Below are positions 14,205 to 32,775 of a stretch of 64,000 bases of DNA, one piece after another. The stretch comes from Paraspadella gotoi. Taxonomy: Eukaryota; Animalia; Chaetognatha. Under the pieces are notes generated by a model. It ran no database searches. It saw only the letters and a list, made by a program, of their open reading frames with translations, and was not told where the DNA came from. The stretch is taken from assembly GCA_051294375.1 (NCBI GenBank), contig CM119263.1, forward strand, positions 8,684,908 to 8,748,907, read 5' to 3'. Position 1 is the stretch's first letter; the number at the start of each line of letters is the position of its first letter. The translations under genes and the position numbers were made by a program.

Positions 14205-14682
14205 CCTCATCAAAAAGCTTTCATTCTCCCAACACTGCTTTGCAATAGGCATCTATGTGACCAGTTCGAATAGGAGAACTCTGCTAGACCCACCGATGTT
14301 AAGATATCATCTGGAAAAAGACATTCTAACGAATTTCGAACTCATTGAGTTGATTATATTCACTATTTAATATTTATTCTCGAACAACTATTATTACTGT
14401 ATGTATAATTCTTATTCTTCGTCTTTCTCTTCATTTGTTGCACTTTCCTAATTCTGTTTGCGAACTGTAGTCATCTTTTTATTACGAATTCCAATTAGTC
14501 ATGAAAACCGGATGTTTTCTCTCCTATTTAAAACATAAATAATGTTTTTGAAACAAAAGTTCTTGTATTAAAAATTCTTTGTTGTTCCCGCAAAATAATT
14601 GCAATGCTTAATTTTCCGTATAGGTTATTCAAAAGTATAAACGTGTTTGATAATTAAAAACCTAAAAAACAAAACAGCAAAA

Positions 14683-15345
14683 ATGTACGGCTTTGTCATC
14701 CTGATGTTTTTGGCCACCGCCTCGGCCCAATATTTGGGACCAGGCCCAGTCTTCCCCGCCATGCGAAGACATGTGAATTGCTTTAACAGCCCCTGTATGA
14801 ACGGAGGAGTCTGCTACGACATTCCCGGGGGCTTCATGTGCCGGTGCCCACCCGGCTACTCCGGACCCACTTGTCTGTTTCCTCAACCTCCTTGCGATCC
14901 TTATCCTTGCATGAACGGAGGTCTCTGCTACATCATGGACGAGCGAACCGTCTGCCAATGTCCGCCGCAATTCAAGGGTAAGTTTTAAAGGTGAGGTTTC
15001 AAGCGAGAAGTGAGTTCCTTTCATTTATCATATAATTACTCTTTTCAGGTGAGTTTTGTCAGCTGGACAACACCATGAACCTACCCATCGTCTTCAGACA
15101 GCCCGACGTCTGCCGTTCCAGCCCTTGCATGAACGGTGGCTATTGCAGATTCGGCCTTATTGATGGACAATACATTTGCCAGTGCTACCCCGGATTTTCT
15201 GGTAAGGGAACGGCTAAAATATTATTATATTTAAATATTTAACACAAAAATATTTTAACAAATAAATAACATAAACAACAGTCATTTTAAATCTGAAAAA
15301 TAAAAAATAAAAAATAAAGATAGTGAAACAAGTAATTTTGCAACT

Positions 15346-15435
<90 letters not shown>

Positions 15436-16144
15436 GCTACGAATAACTTTTTTGGTGCCAATTATAAATATGACTGATAACTATTTAATAGATGTGGTAA
15501 GTGAAAGGTTTGTTTTCTCCACCGGCTCTAAATGTTTTTTTTTAGGACTCCGTTGTGAGATTCCTCCTCCTTGCCGATGCCAGAACGGAGGCTCTTGCGT
15601 CAACGCCATCAACCAGAGGCCCGTCTGCCAATGCCCAGCTGGCGTTACAGGTGAGTCCAAAAAAGGAATGTTTATTTTTAAATGCCAGTTTTCTTTAAAA
15701 AAAAAATCCCAGTTTTTGAGGTGTACTTGAGATAGAGCAGCAGTTTGTTGACCTGTTTCCAAAAAAAAAGAAATCAATTACTTTGTCAGATTTAACCTCT
15801 TTTAACTTAAATGATTGAATGAATGAATGAAAAAAATTTTGAATTCACAGAGGATGTTGAAAAAGCTACGAAAGTCGAAAGTCAGCTTCAGCCCAATCAG
15901 CATCTTATCCACAATGATTTCGTATTTCCCAAACACGATCAATAATAAAAAATAATAAATAAACAATGAATAATTTTTATTTTCAGGCGCTTTCTGCGAG
16001 AAGGTTATCACGGTTCCCCCGACTCTGCCAGTCCCAGTCTGCATGCCCCCGTGCCAGAACGGGCAATGCGTCGTCGAGAACGGGAACGCCTCCTGCAAAT
16101 GCGCGACCGGATTCAGCGGCGTAGCTTGCGAAATTCCCTGCTGA
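14683..16144 (+). CDS. Secreted 5x EGF-repeat protein, tandem paralogue; exons 14683-14977, 15049-15201, 15546-15650, 15987-16144
   Basis: Signal peptide MYGFVILMFLATASA; five EGF motifs; same three phase-1 intron positions as the upstream gene; ends ACEIPC*. Confidence 0.9.
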
Positions 16145-17016
16145 AGTCCTTTGAGAAGATGCCGCCGTTAAGAGAGAGTTTGAAAAATTTTTGAAGACAT
16201 ATGACGCGTTGATTCCATGTCGAGGATATCACATATAGATAGTTTTACACGGCCCTTACATAAACCTAAATATTTGACTAAGATGGGTCATCTTAAAATG
16301 TCTCGGAAGTTACATTTTTAGACATCCATTGAAAAGTCATTGGAGACTCCAAAATTTTGGTTGTAAAGACTAAAGAACCATGTTATTGATCATGTTATGT
16401 ACTTCTAGAAAACTGTTTCAGTTGTTTCTGCTTCCTAATAAACTCGTTTTCTAAAATGTTTTAGTAATTCTTCCGTTCTGCACTGATGTTAGAGATACAA
16501 TTTTTTTTTCCCAAGACAGTAAATGAGTCCCATTCTCAATAATTTCATTTTCTAAGATAAAAAACACAAACTTCAAAATGATCGAGAGAAAAAAAAAATA
16601 CCAATGAGTCAAACAGCGTCTCGCGACTGAAAATCTTTGCGCACGGAAATTTTTATAAAAAGCCGGTCGTTTACTTTTTCTTTTTAATCCCGAAATTAAT
16701 CGCCATCTCTCATTTAATTCCTCGAAGTTTAGTTCCCGCCGCCGCCGACGTTATCATCATTAATTTGGCAGGCGTCCAGAAAAAACAAAAGTCAGTCGTT
16801 GCGTTGAAAGTGAAAATTTGTCTTCTTGTTCAACGAATTCTAAAAAAAAAAAAATACATTCATTTTTTAGAAATTATTTTCAGTTTTTTAAAAGAAATAT
16901 AAACGAATATAACATTGAGTTGATATGGCAGATTTAGTCGTCGGTAACCGTCAATGATTGCTATTTTGTTGACTTAAATAAAAAAACAAATTTTCTTAAT
17001 CTTAATAAGAAAAACG

Positions 17017-20000
17017 ATGGTTATTCCGACCAAATGGATGATAGCACTCGTCGTTATAGTTGCTTCCGTCGAAATCATTGAGGGTAAGTTAAATGGGGAA
17101 TTATTCACATTTATACTAGTAATTCTTTTCTTTCTACAATCATAAATACCTAAGGTTTCAAACACGAAACATAGCATATATGAATACGAATTCTGCATTG
17201 TTTCAATTTTCTAGAAAAATAGTATTAAAAAAATGTAATGTTGTAGATTGTAGAAGTATTAGCACTCTTTCTATCTCTCTACCTCCCACTCTATCATCAC
17301 GACGGTGTAACATTAGCTTTGGAAAATATAATATATTACGAAATTTTTTATGAAGAAATCAAATATTCGAGATATGAGGATTAAAGCAGAAACGTAAGCA
17401 GAGAAAACAGAAATCCCAAAGGCAAAATCTGACGATGGGAAACCCTAGGTGGAAACTGGAATCCACTTCTTATTTGCTCTGCGGAATCTCACGTAACAAA
17501 ACCCAATTTAATAGAAATAGATTTTGTCCATCCGATATGACCGAGGCCTGGCTGATAATGCCCGTAAATAATACCAATTATAGTTATTATATTATGCATT
17601 GTATTTTTTTTAGATACTTTTTAGATTAGTTTTTCGCTGTCGAACGGTTGGTGGATTTTAGTCCATCGTAGCCTTTCTGATTTTTATTTTTATGCTATTG
17701 GTTTCGCGAATTTGTTTGGTATCTCTAAGGAAAAACATTCGAATCGCTCAACATTTTATTTAAAATCAATATATAACTAATAAAACATTTCCGATTGAAC
17801 GACGACCCATTTGCGAAGGCAGTCCGACGCGATGATAGATTACTTCGACGACGAGATATGTCGATCGAATCGAACTTTTCGCTTCGTCTTCAAACCTTGG
17901 AGCGATGAGATTGGAGCTGGAACGGTGGCGCCGAACCGAACCACGTCGGACATCAACGACCTGGCGCTGAACGGTCACTACTCCATCTTGCTGAAGGAGT
18001 TTTTGACCAAATGCCCCATCAACTACATCATCACTCACTTCGACGGAGGCTGGGGAAGGATTACCGAAGAGGACGAGCCTGGCATGCTGGAGGAATTATA
18101 CGAGGGCAATTTCGACATGACATTGAACGCGGGATTCGTTTTTCATTGGAAACAACAAATAGTGCGATGGACTTCTTACACGGGATTGGCCATTATGTTG
18201 GTGGTTCTAGAACCTCCCGCCAACACTTTCAACGGTTTGAAGGAAGTCTTCGAGAAGACAATGACGAACGAATCTTGGTTTGCCATTTATTTCACGTATT
18301 TGTTCGCCGTCGTTACCATGGCGATTTTGAAACATCGTCAGATGTCAACATTTCGTCTGCGGTCCTTGTGGGAATCCGCGTATCTGGTCTTGTGCGACGA
18401 ACAGCCGGATGAATCTTTTCAAACCCAAATTTTTTGGATTTTTTGGAAATTCTTCTCCTTTTTATTCGTTGCTTTGTTTTCCGCGGGAGTTTTGTCGAAC
18501 GTCATCAACAAGGAAGATGGAATTAATTCCATCTCGGATCTGCTGAGCCGAAACCCAGAACAGAAGATATTCTGGGACAATTACACGGATCAACTCCTCG
18601 TTAATCACGCTAAGGAAACCAAGTTGTATTCGCTTTTGTCACAACACCGAGTACTCTTCGGTCCGCTAATCAAATCGATTGTGGTTTTTGACATTATATT
18701 CTAAATTAAATAATTTAAATTAATAGATTAAATATTTTAGATTAACTAATTTAAATTAATAGATTAAATAATTTTTGTTTTGATCTTTTTCTTTGGAGAA
18801 CATGAGCATAAAAATATTTTAAGATATTCTTGTACTATTGTACAATATACAATATTATATTATACATGTTAGTTTTTCAAAGAAAAAAAGTATTTTATAT
18901 TTAATTTGCGGACCGTAAAGACGAAAAGAGAGAGAGTATGCTCAGTGCCGCAATATGGGAAAAGCACTTGAGCGATATGAACCACGCTTTACTTATCATC
19001 TCGGACATCGTCCACAGCTTCAATCAGTCGGTCCTGTGCCGCTGGAAATTCGTGGAGGACGTCTCTATCGTTTTGGGCAAAGGCTTCGTCGTCCAAGCCA
19101 AAGAGCCGGAGCTTCTCTCGGTCTTGAATCGGCACATCCTCGGCGAGATGGGGAAAGGCCGAGTCTATCTGGCCAAGAACATGCTCGAAAGACAAGCGCG
19201 GCTGGCGAGGTGCCCGGTACGAAAGAAGAATGGTTTCATACCCATCGCCGTCTTGAGAGACTTGGCCATCGTCACTTTTTGCGGGATGTGCGTGGCGATA
19301 GCGGTGCACTTGGGCAGGGGTATTTTCGCTGTTATAAATCGTAAAGTCGGCACTGAGGTATGAAACAATTTGATGTAAAAAATCTCGTTGTGCGGCAAAA
19401 AATCATGTGATTTGACAACTGTTTTTGCCTGAATCTTCCAGGATTTATATTTTTACTTCTGATATTCATAACGACGTGTAATTGATCTTTTAATATCTAC
19501 ATCGAATGATAAGCATTTAAAATGCACAAAGCACGTATATTATAACACGTACTATATTTCTAAAGTCTAGTTGCTTTCTCGAAAATTTATATCTCGAACA
19601 TCCCGATAAAATTCTATTAAAGAAATGAATCTGTAAAAAGAATAACAATGATCGAGCTGTACGAGGACGAGATCTGCCGGTCTAACCGGACATTTCGTCT
19701 CGCGTTCAAACCCTGGAAGTCGGAGATCGATTCCGCGTCAGATGGAAACGCTTCCACCGTCGAGGGCCTCGTCATGGACGCACGGATGACGATTCTCCTG
19801 AAGGAATTCTTTCTCAAATGCCCCGTCAAGCACGTCGTCAAGCGCTACGATGGCGGCTGGGGCGGAGAGCGGGGCGGCATGCTGGAAGAAGTGGAGAAGG
19901 GGAAATTCCACCTGGTTCTCAACGAGTACTTGGTGCGTCATTGGAAGCAGCAACGGCTGCGTTGGTCCATGCTGACGAGTCTGGAGGATCTGATGGTGGT

Positions 20001-22979
20001 GGCGAATCGCGAGGGCGACGCCTTCGACGGTTTGATCTCCGTATTTAAGAAGACGGTCAACTCCGAGTCCTGTCTACTTATTTTTCTCACCTTCCTCGTC
20101 GGGCTGCTCGCATTGGTGGTCATGAAGCGAGCGGAGGGAGTCGAATCTGACGACGATTCCCCGCCGCCGAAGCAGAAAGGTTTGTAGCAAAGTTTTTTCG
20201 ATGATATTTAGGCTAAAAATTATGCTAAGACTAATTCTTTGATTATTTATTACATAAAGTAGTGATAAACACAAAAAGACTTTAAGGAATAAATTATACT
20301 CCAATGCACCCTTGGCCAGGCATCTTCCGCAGTCTCTGGTCCGCCGTCTACTCAATGTTGAACGACAATGAACTCGGCGATTCCGTTTTTCTTCAAGCCT
20401 TTCATATTCTTTGGAAATTCTTTCTCTTTGTTGTCGTCACTCTCTTCTCGGCGGGCGTTCTCGCCAACGTGTTTCACCTCCATCGGGGCGTCCGCACCAT
20501 CCAAGATCTGGTGAAGAACCCGGACCAGCGATTCGCCTGGCATCCCTTCTTCGATCCTCTGCTGCAGCACTACGAGCCGGAGCGGGCGGGGCTGGTCAAG
20601 TCGCGCCGGGTCATCTTGAACGACTCAGCGCTCGACTTCGACAACTGGTCTAACAAATTCTTCGACGAGAAGATGGCGTTGCTCGTCTCCTCCAACGTCC
20701 TGGGCGGCGCCGATCGCGACGTCATCTGTCGGTGGAGAATTCTGGACGAGGATTCGATCGTGTTCGGCAAAGGGTTCGTGCTCGACGCGCGGGAGACGGA
20801 GTTGCTCTCCGTCTTCAATCGTCACGTGGCCTCGGCGATGGCCAGAGGGCGCGTCAATCTCTCGGAGAATCTTGATCAACTCCAGGACAAGATCAGAACC
20901 TGCGAAGGGAGCGCAGGGGAGAGCTTCATGCCGGTGTCGGTGGTCAGGGATCTCACCAGAACGACCTGCGTTGGGACATTGATGACCATGGGATTGCAGT
21001 TGGGCAGGAGGGGATTGGGGGCGTTGAAGGGGAAGAGGAGAGTCGTGGGGTGAAGAGTAGGGTGGAGGAAGAGAAGTGTTAAATGTCCATGGTGTTGAAG
21101 ATCGAGCCTTTTTCGCAAGGATGGTTCATCGGAGAACATTACAGAAATCGCGATTCATCCAAATAAAAAAAAATCTTTTTTAAACTTTTTTCAAAATCTT
21201 TATGTTTTTGAAGTATTTCATTCACATTTGTAGTATGTGTTGTTGTACACAAACATATATCTTTTTAAATATTTCATGTCCTCATCTTCGTACGTTTAAA
21301 AATATATGGTCTTGTATATTTTTGGATTGTGTATTACGAAACCCACAAACATATCAATTTGAAAAGGGTGACTTAAATTTTAAAAATAAGATAGAAAATT
21401 CTTTTAATTATATAAGCTGCTACCTTTTAAAAAATACAAAACCGATAAAAAAAAAAATTAAATAAATTCATGAAAAATCTTTAGTTATGGCAACAGCCGG
21501 GTTGCCTATGATGCCCATTGGGATGGGGCATCTCACTGTTGCTTCGGGGCTTCCCACCCTCAGTAACGCCTCCTGTCACTGGCGCTGTTACCCAAGGACA
21601 GTCTCGCTTTGCCAACGCTTGAGATGGTGTGTTCCCCCTTTGAGCCAATTTATGTGAGGCGGTGTGAATATACCACCACACAGCCTTGTTTTAAGAGATA
21701 TCTCTCTCTAAGGCTGTGTGGTGGTATATTCACTCATATATACTTATTACTCGCAAATGGGTCATTCAGTCACTCTGCCCTTATGGTACCTTTCATCTAT
21801 AACTCTCCGACAAAAGGTCTCCAGTGCATCGAATGCACCGGCTCGTCGACGCTGGACAACTGCTATCGCGACCCCGCCTCTCAAAGCTCCTACACGATCC
21901 GACGCGTGACTTGCTCTCCCAGGAATGCCAATCAAGGTACAAGCCGCTGAGGGTTATTTGCAGCAATAATAAAGACCCTGGCTATCTCAAGTCGAGCGGG
22001 CAAGGATTGATAGTTTAGCTGTCAATCACACGTTTCATTTGACGATAAGAGTGGAGAGGAATCAAGGAATGTTGCGGTGCATATTTTACGTTTTTCAGGA
22101 TTCGGTATGAATCCGATGTTATTCGGTAAGATGGGACCACTTGGCGGGAATGTCGCACCCAATCAACTACTTCCACCTTCTGGCATCAACGGTCACGCGA
22201 GTACGGACCACGGAAGCATCTACGACACGGCTGTCGGTGATCAGGGTGAATTTTATTTTATATATTTATTTATTTATTTACTTATTTATTAATTTATTAA
22301 TTTATTAATTAATTTATTTATTAATTTATTAATTTATTAATTTATTTATTTATTTTTTTATTTATTTAATAACAAATATCAATAATATCGTTAACGGACC
22401 TCGATCGTCGAGGATCGTTGCTGCTATGAAGTTTTCTTTTCGTATGAAAATATTGTAAAAAAACTTTGCTAAGTTACAGATAAACGTAGACATTGTGTTA
22501 AGCCTTTCTTTTTGTTGTTTGTTTTAGATTTAATGATGAAGGCTAGAAATCTGAGCCGAAACATGTCCAAATTTTATCTAAAATTAAATTGTTGTTTCAC
22601 GAAAATTTCGTTTCACTTAAAGATAAACGTACAAACGCGTTTTTTGTTTGTTAGGCGGGAATCTGTTGGATTCTCTCCTCGGAACCGGAGACGTCGGCGC
22701 AGCAGCCGCAGCCGACGGGATGCTGCTTAACTCCAACCCTCTCCTCAGAAACAACAACAACGCTTTCGCCTGGAATCAAATGAGAGGAGGCACCGCCTTT
22801 TGTCAAGTCATCGTCAACCGGAACAGAATCAGTGAGACGACAGTCAATAAAATAATGACACTGCATTCTTTTCTGATCCTTTGTCATTTTTAATTCCAGC
22901 CGGAGCGTTGATCAACATATCCCGGGGATGCAGTTACGCGCCTCCAGGTTTGAGAGGAGTCAAATGGAAAGAGATAAAG

Positions 22980-23016
<37 letters not shown>

Positions 23017-23304
23017 GAGAGAGAGAGTAGAGAGGAAGATGGAAAGAGAGATGAGAGAGAGAGAGAGAGAGAACATTTTTTTTTGTTAAATCTTGTCGAA
23101 ATAGTCTGAAACAGCTAAGCTTATCAATTTTCTCTTTCAGCGACGACGGAATGCGAGCGACGCTACTATCAAAGCGCTTCAACTTCCACCTGCACTCGCA
23201 ATGTCTGCCTTCAAGATTTCTGCAACGGAGCGCCATCTATGCGGAATTTATTGCATTTTAATCTCGTAGTCGCAATCTTCACTTCTCTTTTAATTGCAAA
23301 GTGA
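17017..23304 (+). CDS. GPI-anchored Ly6/uPAR (three-finger, quiver/sleepless-like) protein; exons 17017-17083, 21817-21936, 22099-22245, 22655-22831, 22900-22947, 23141-23304
   Basis: Signal exon MVIPTKWMIALVVIVASVEIIEG (phase 1) joins LQCIEC; ten Cys including ISRGC and C-terminal CLQDFCN; then GA plus a hydrophobic tail (GPI signal). All introns GT-AG phase 1. The exon 1 assignment is inferred. Confidence 0.8.
17635..17667 (-). mobile_element. 33-bp remnant of the 5' end of the LTR of the element at 36682
   Basis: Reverse complement GATGGACTAAAATCCACCAACCGTTCGACAGCG vs LTR GGTGGACTAAAATCCACCAACCGTTCATCAGCG. Confidence 0.75.
17832..19363 (+). CDS. Divergent ionotropic receptor (IR/iGluR-like, no ATD) A; exons 17832-18660, 18921-19363
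   Basis: S1-like GGWG...GMLEELYEGNFDM, M1 SWFAIYFTYLFAVVTMAIL, pore-like SLW, M3 FWKFFSFLFVALFSAGVLS, S2 start INSISDL and a C-terminal TM. The phase-1 intron restores colinearity with paralogue B. Confidence 0.75.
19648..21053 (+). CDS. Divergent ionotropic receptor (IR/iGluR-like) B; exons 19648-20179, 20320-21053
   Basis: Paralogue of A, sharing EICRSNRTFR, LLKEFxxKCP, DGGWG, WKFFxFxxVxLFSAGVL, CRW and GKGFV; GT-AG phase-1 intron. Confidence 0.75.
21489..21733 (-). repeat. Structured dispersed repeat, copy A (related to 52436-52627), with a 24-bp perfect inverted repeat at 21664-21687/21710-21733
   Basis: Shares ordered blocks with copy B, including an identical 18-mer GCGTTGGCAAAGCGAGAC. 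Confidence 0.65.
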
Positions 23305-23795
23305 AGATTCAACGTAGTAACTACCGAATTTTTATTGAAGGCAGGATATAGCATGTTTATTATCATTTATTTGACATGTTTTGTCATAAAATATTGAATT
23401 AAATCAAGCTGAAATTTGGTTATAGAAATAACGTTGATGATAGATAAGGACTATAGGTTAAGTATAGACTTTTCTACTCTGCATGTTGTAATAGAGGGCA
23501 CTTTAAAAAATAGTGATCATTTGTTGATTTTCTCAGAAATTATACTTTATTAAATAAATGCTGCTACTCTAATTTCTATACTCACGATGTTCTAATCTAA
23601 TAAGAAAAAATAATGAGGTTTAGCAATAATAAATGCAATACAAATTCTGTAACAAAAATAAGAAATAACAAAATGACGTTCTGTAAAAATATGCTATATA
23701 AATGCAAAATATGTTTCAAGTCGCAAGTCTTAATTAATCAATTACAGACCTAGCCCGAATTATCATAGTCGTCATTTGTCAATAAAGAATTGATG

Positions 23796-30563
<6,768 letters not shown>

Positions 30564-31234
30564 CGGGGAAAACGGTCTTGGGTTTGAAGAAGAGAGTAGA
30601 AGAAAAATAAATCATTTAGGACTTGTCAAAATATTTTTAAAAAATATTGAAACAAATAGTGGGAACAAAAAANNNNNNNNNNNNNNNNNNNNNNNNNNNN
30701 NNNNNNNNNNNNNNNNNNNNNNNNNNNNNNNNNNNNNNNNNNNNNNNNNNNNNNNNNNNNNNNNNNNNNNNNNNNNNNNNNNNNNNNNNNNNNNNNNNNN
30801 NNNNNNNNNNNNNNNNNNNNNNNNNNNNNNNNNNNNNNNGAGAGAGAGAGAGAGAGAAATAATCGATATTGTAATTGAAAACATAGGTTTATTTTAAGTA
30901 CGTAGTTAGAAACCGCTATCTAGATTAANNNNNNNNNNNNNNNNNNNNNNNNNNNNNNNNNNNNNNNNNNNNNNNNNNNNNNNNNNNNNNNNNNNNNNNN
31001 NNNNNNNNNNNNNNNNNNNNNNNNNNNNNNNNNNNNNNNNNNNNNNNNNNNNNNNNNNNNNNNNNNNNNNNNNNNNNNNNNNNNNNNNNNNNNNNNNNNN
31101 NNNNNNNNNNNNNNNNNNNNNNNNNNNNNNNNNNNNNNNNNNNNNNNNNNNNNNNNNNNNNNNNNNNNNNNNNNNNNNNNNNNNNNNNNNNNNNNNNNNN
31201 NNNNNNNNNNNNNNNNNNNNNNNNNNNNNNNNNN

Positions 31235-31269
<35 letters not shown>

Positions 31270-32021
31270 GGGTTCGATCTGTTTATTCGGCTTTCTTCTA
31301 TCTCTTTCACAAATCAGAATACCGGTAGAAGTTAATGGTCTTCACTTCAGTAGAAGAATAAATAAGAGAAAAAGTTGCAATCCGTTTCTTTAAAAAAATA
31401 ATGATTAAGCGAAACATTATGCTCAGTTTTATGTTCCAGAAGTAGCGAGTATAACACTTTAAGAATAAGTTATGCGAGATGAGAGTAGAAAATTTGGTTA
31501 AAGAAAATGATAAACTAACGAACAGATAAATCAATATCGGATAATACACTATGATAGGATTGAAAACGTTGCAGGGTTAAACGCGGCTCATCCAGATCGG
31601 ATAAAGAACAAAGAACCCGGTACTTTGATAAACTCCAGTTACTCAGAATGTTTCCGCAAGAAAATGATGTCCAGAACAAAATTTTTTTTGTTTTCATGTT
31701 TTCACTGTTTTTTCCATGCGCGTTTTCTTCCGCAATGAACAAAAAAGTAGCTTCACTTCGGTATAAAGGCGTAAGGTTTTCATTTATTAGGTCCAAAAGG
31801 AGCCGTTACGAGAGAAAGAGGGAGAGAGAGAAGAGCGAGATGAGAGAGAGGATGAGAGAGGGAGAGAGAGAGGAGAGTGAGAGAAGAGAGAGAGATGAGA
31901 GAGGCTAGAGCTTTTTTATCACGGCGATTTTGAAAGAAAAATAAAGTTTTGTTTTCGATTCTTGCCAAAAAGTGAGAGTCGAGTTTCGGTTTTAACGAAG
32001 TTTCAAAGTTGAGAGAGAGAT

Positions 32022-32067
<46 letters not shown>

Positions 32068-32740
32068 GATGAGAGAGAGAGGAGAGATGAGAGAGATAGA
32101 GAGAGAGAGAGAGAGAGCTTTCGTAACTTTCGGGAGTGAGGCCATAATAGGTGTGGTGAGATCGATGCCGCGATGAGAAAGGAACACAAGAAGGGCATGT
32201 GGTTAAGAGGACAGCTAGGTTTAGAAGAGTGCGGTATAGTGATCGGAGTGGTTATGCGGTCAGTTTGTTACGGGTCACGGTGGTCAATTAGGATCCATGG
32301 ACGTGGTGGCTTCGACCGTGCGAAGATTTTAATGTTCGTTTATGCTGCGAATTGAGTTGGTACATTTTACATTGACTGCATATTGTGCATTTTATGCATA
32401 TAGCGCATAAGCCATAACTTTTATTTTTAGAACTTAAAAACACCAGTTTCAGTAAAGAAACGTCTTGGGACGGCCCGATCTTTTCACAACGTCGTGTGAA
32501 GCCATTTTTTACATTTATGTCTTGGTGAAAGAGTGGCTGCAGGTACAAAATGGTGAAACTGTCTTAAATTGTGATTTAAAGGATCGAGTTGTTGTCAGGA
32601 AAAAAGAGATGAGAGAAAGGAATAGAAAGAGCAAGGGAAAAGAGAAGAGAGAAATAGATAAATTCGAGAGACCAAAAATAACGATTGTTTTCGATAAATT
32701 TTGGGAGCAGAAAGACAGGGGAGTCGAAGAGAGAGAGAGA

Positions 32741-32775
<35 letters not shown>

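Noticed and set aside
17420-17480. CTGACGA...GAAAC hammerhead-like words
   Set aside because: Stems I-III do not pair convincingly.
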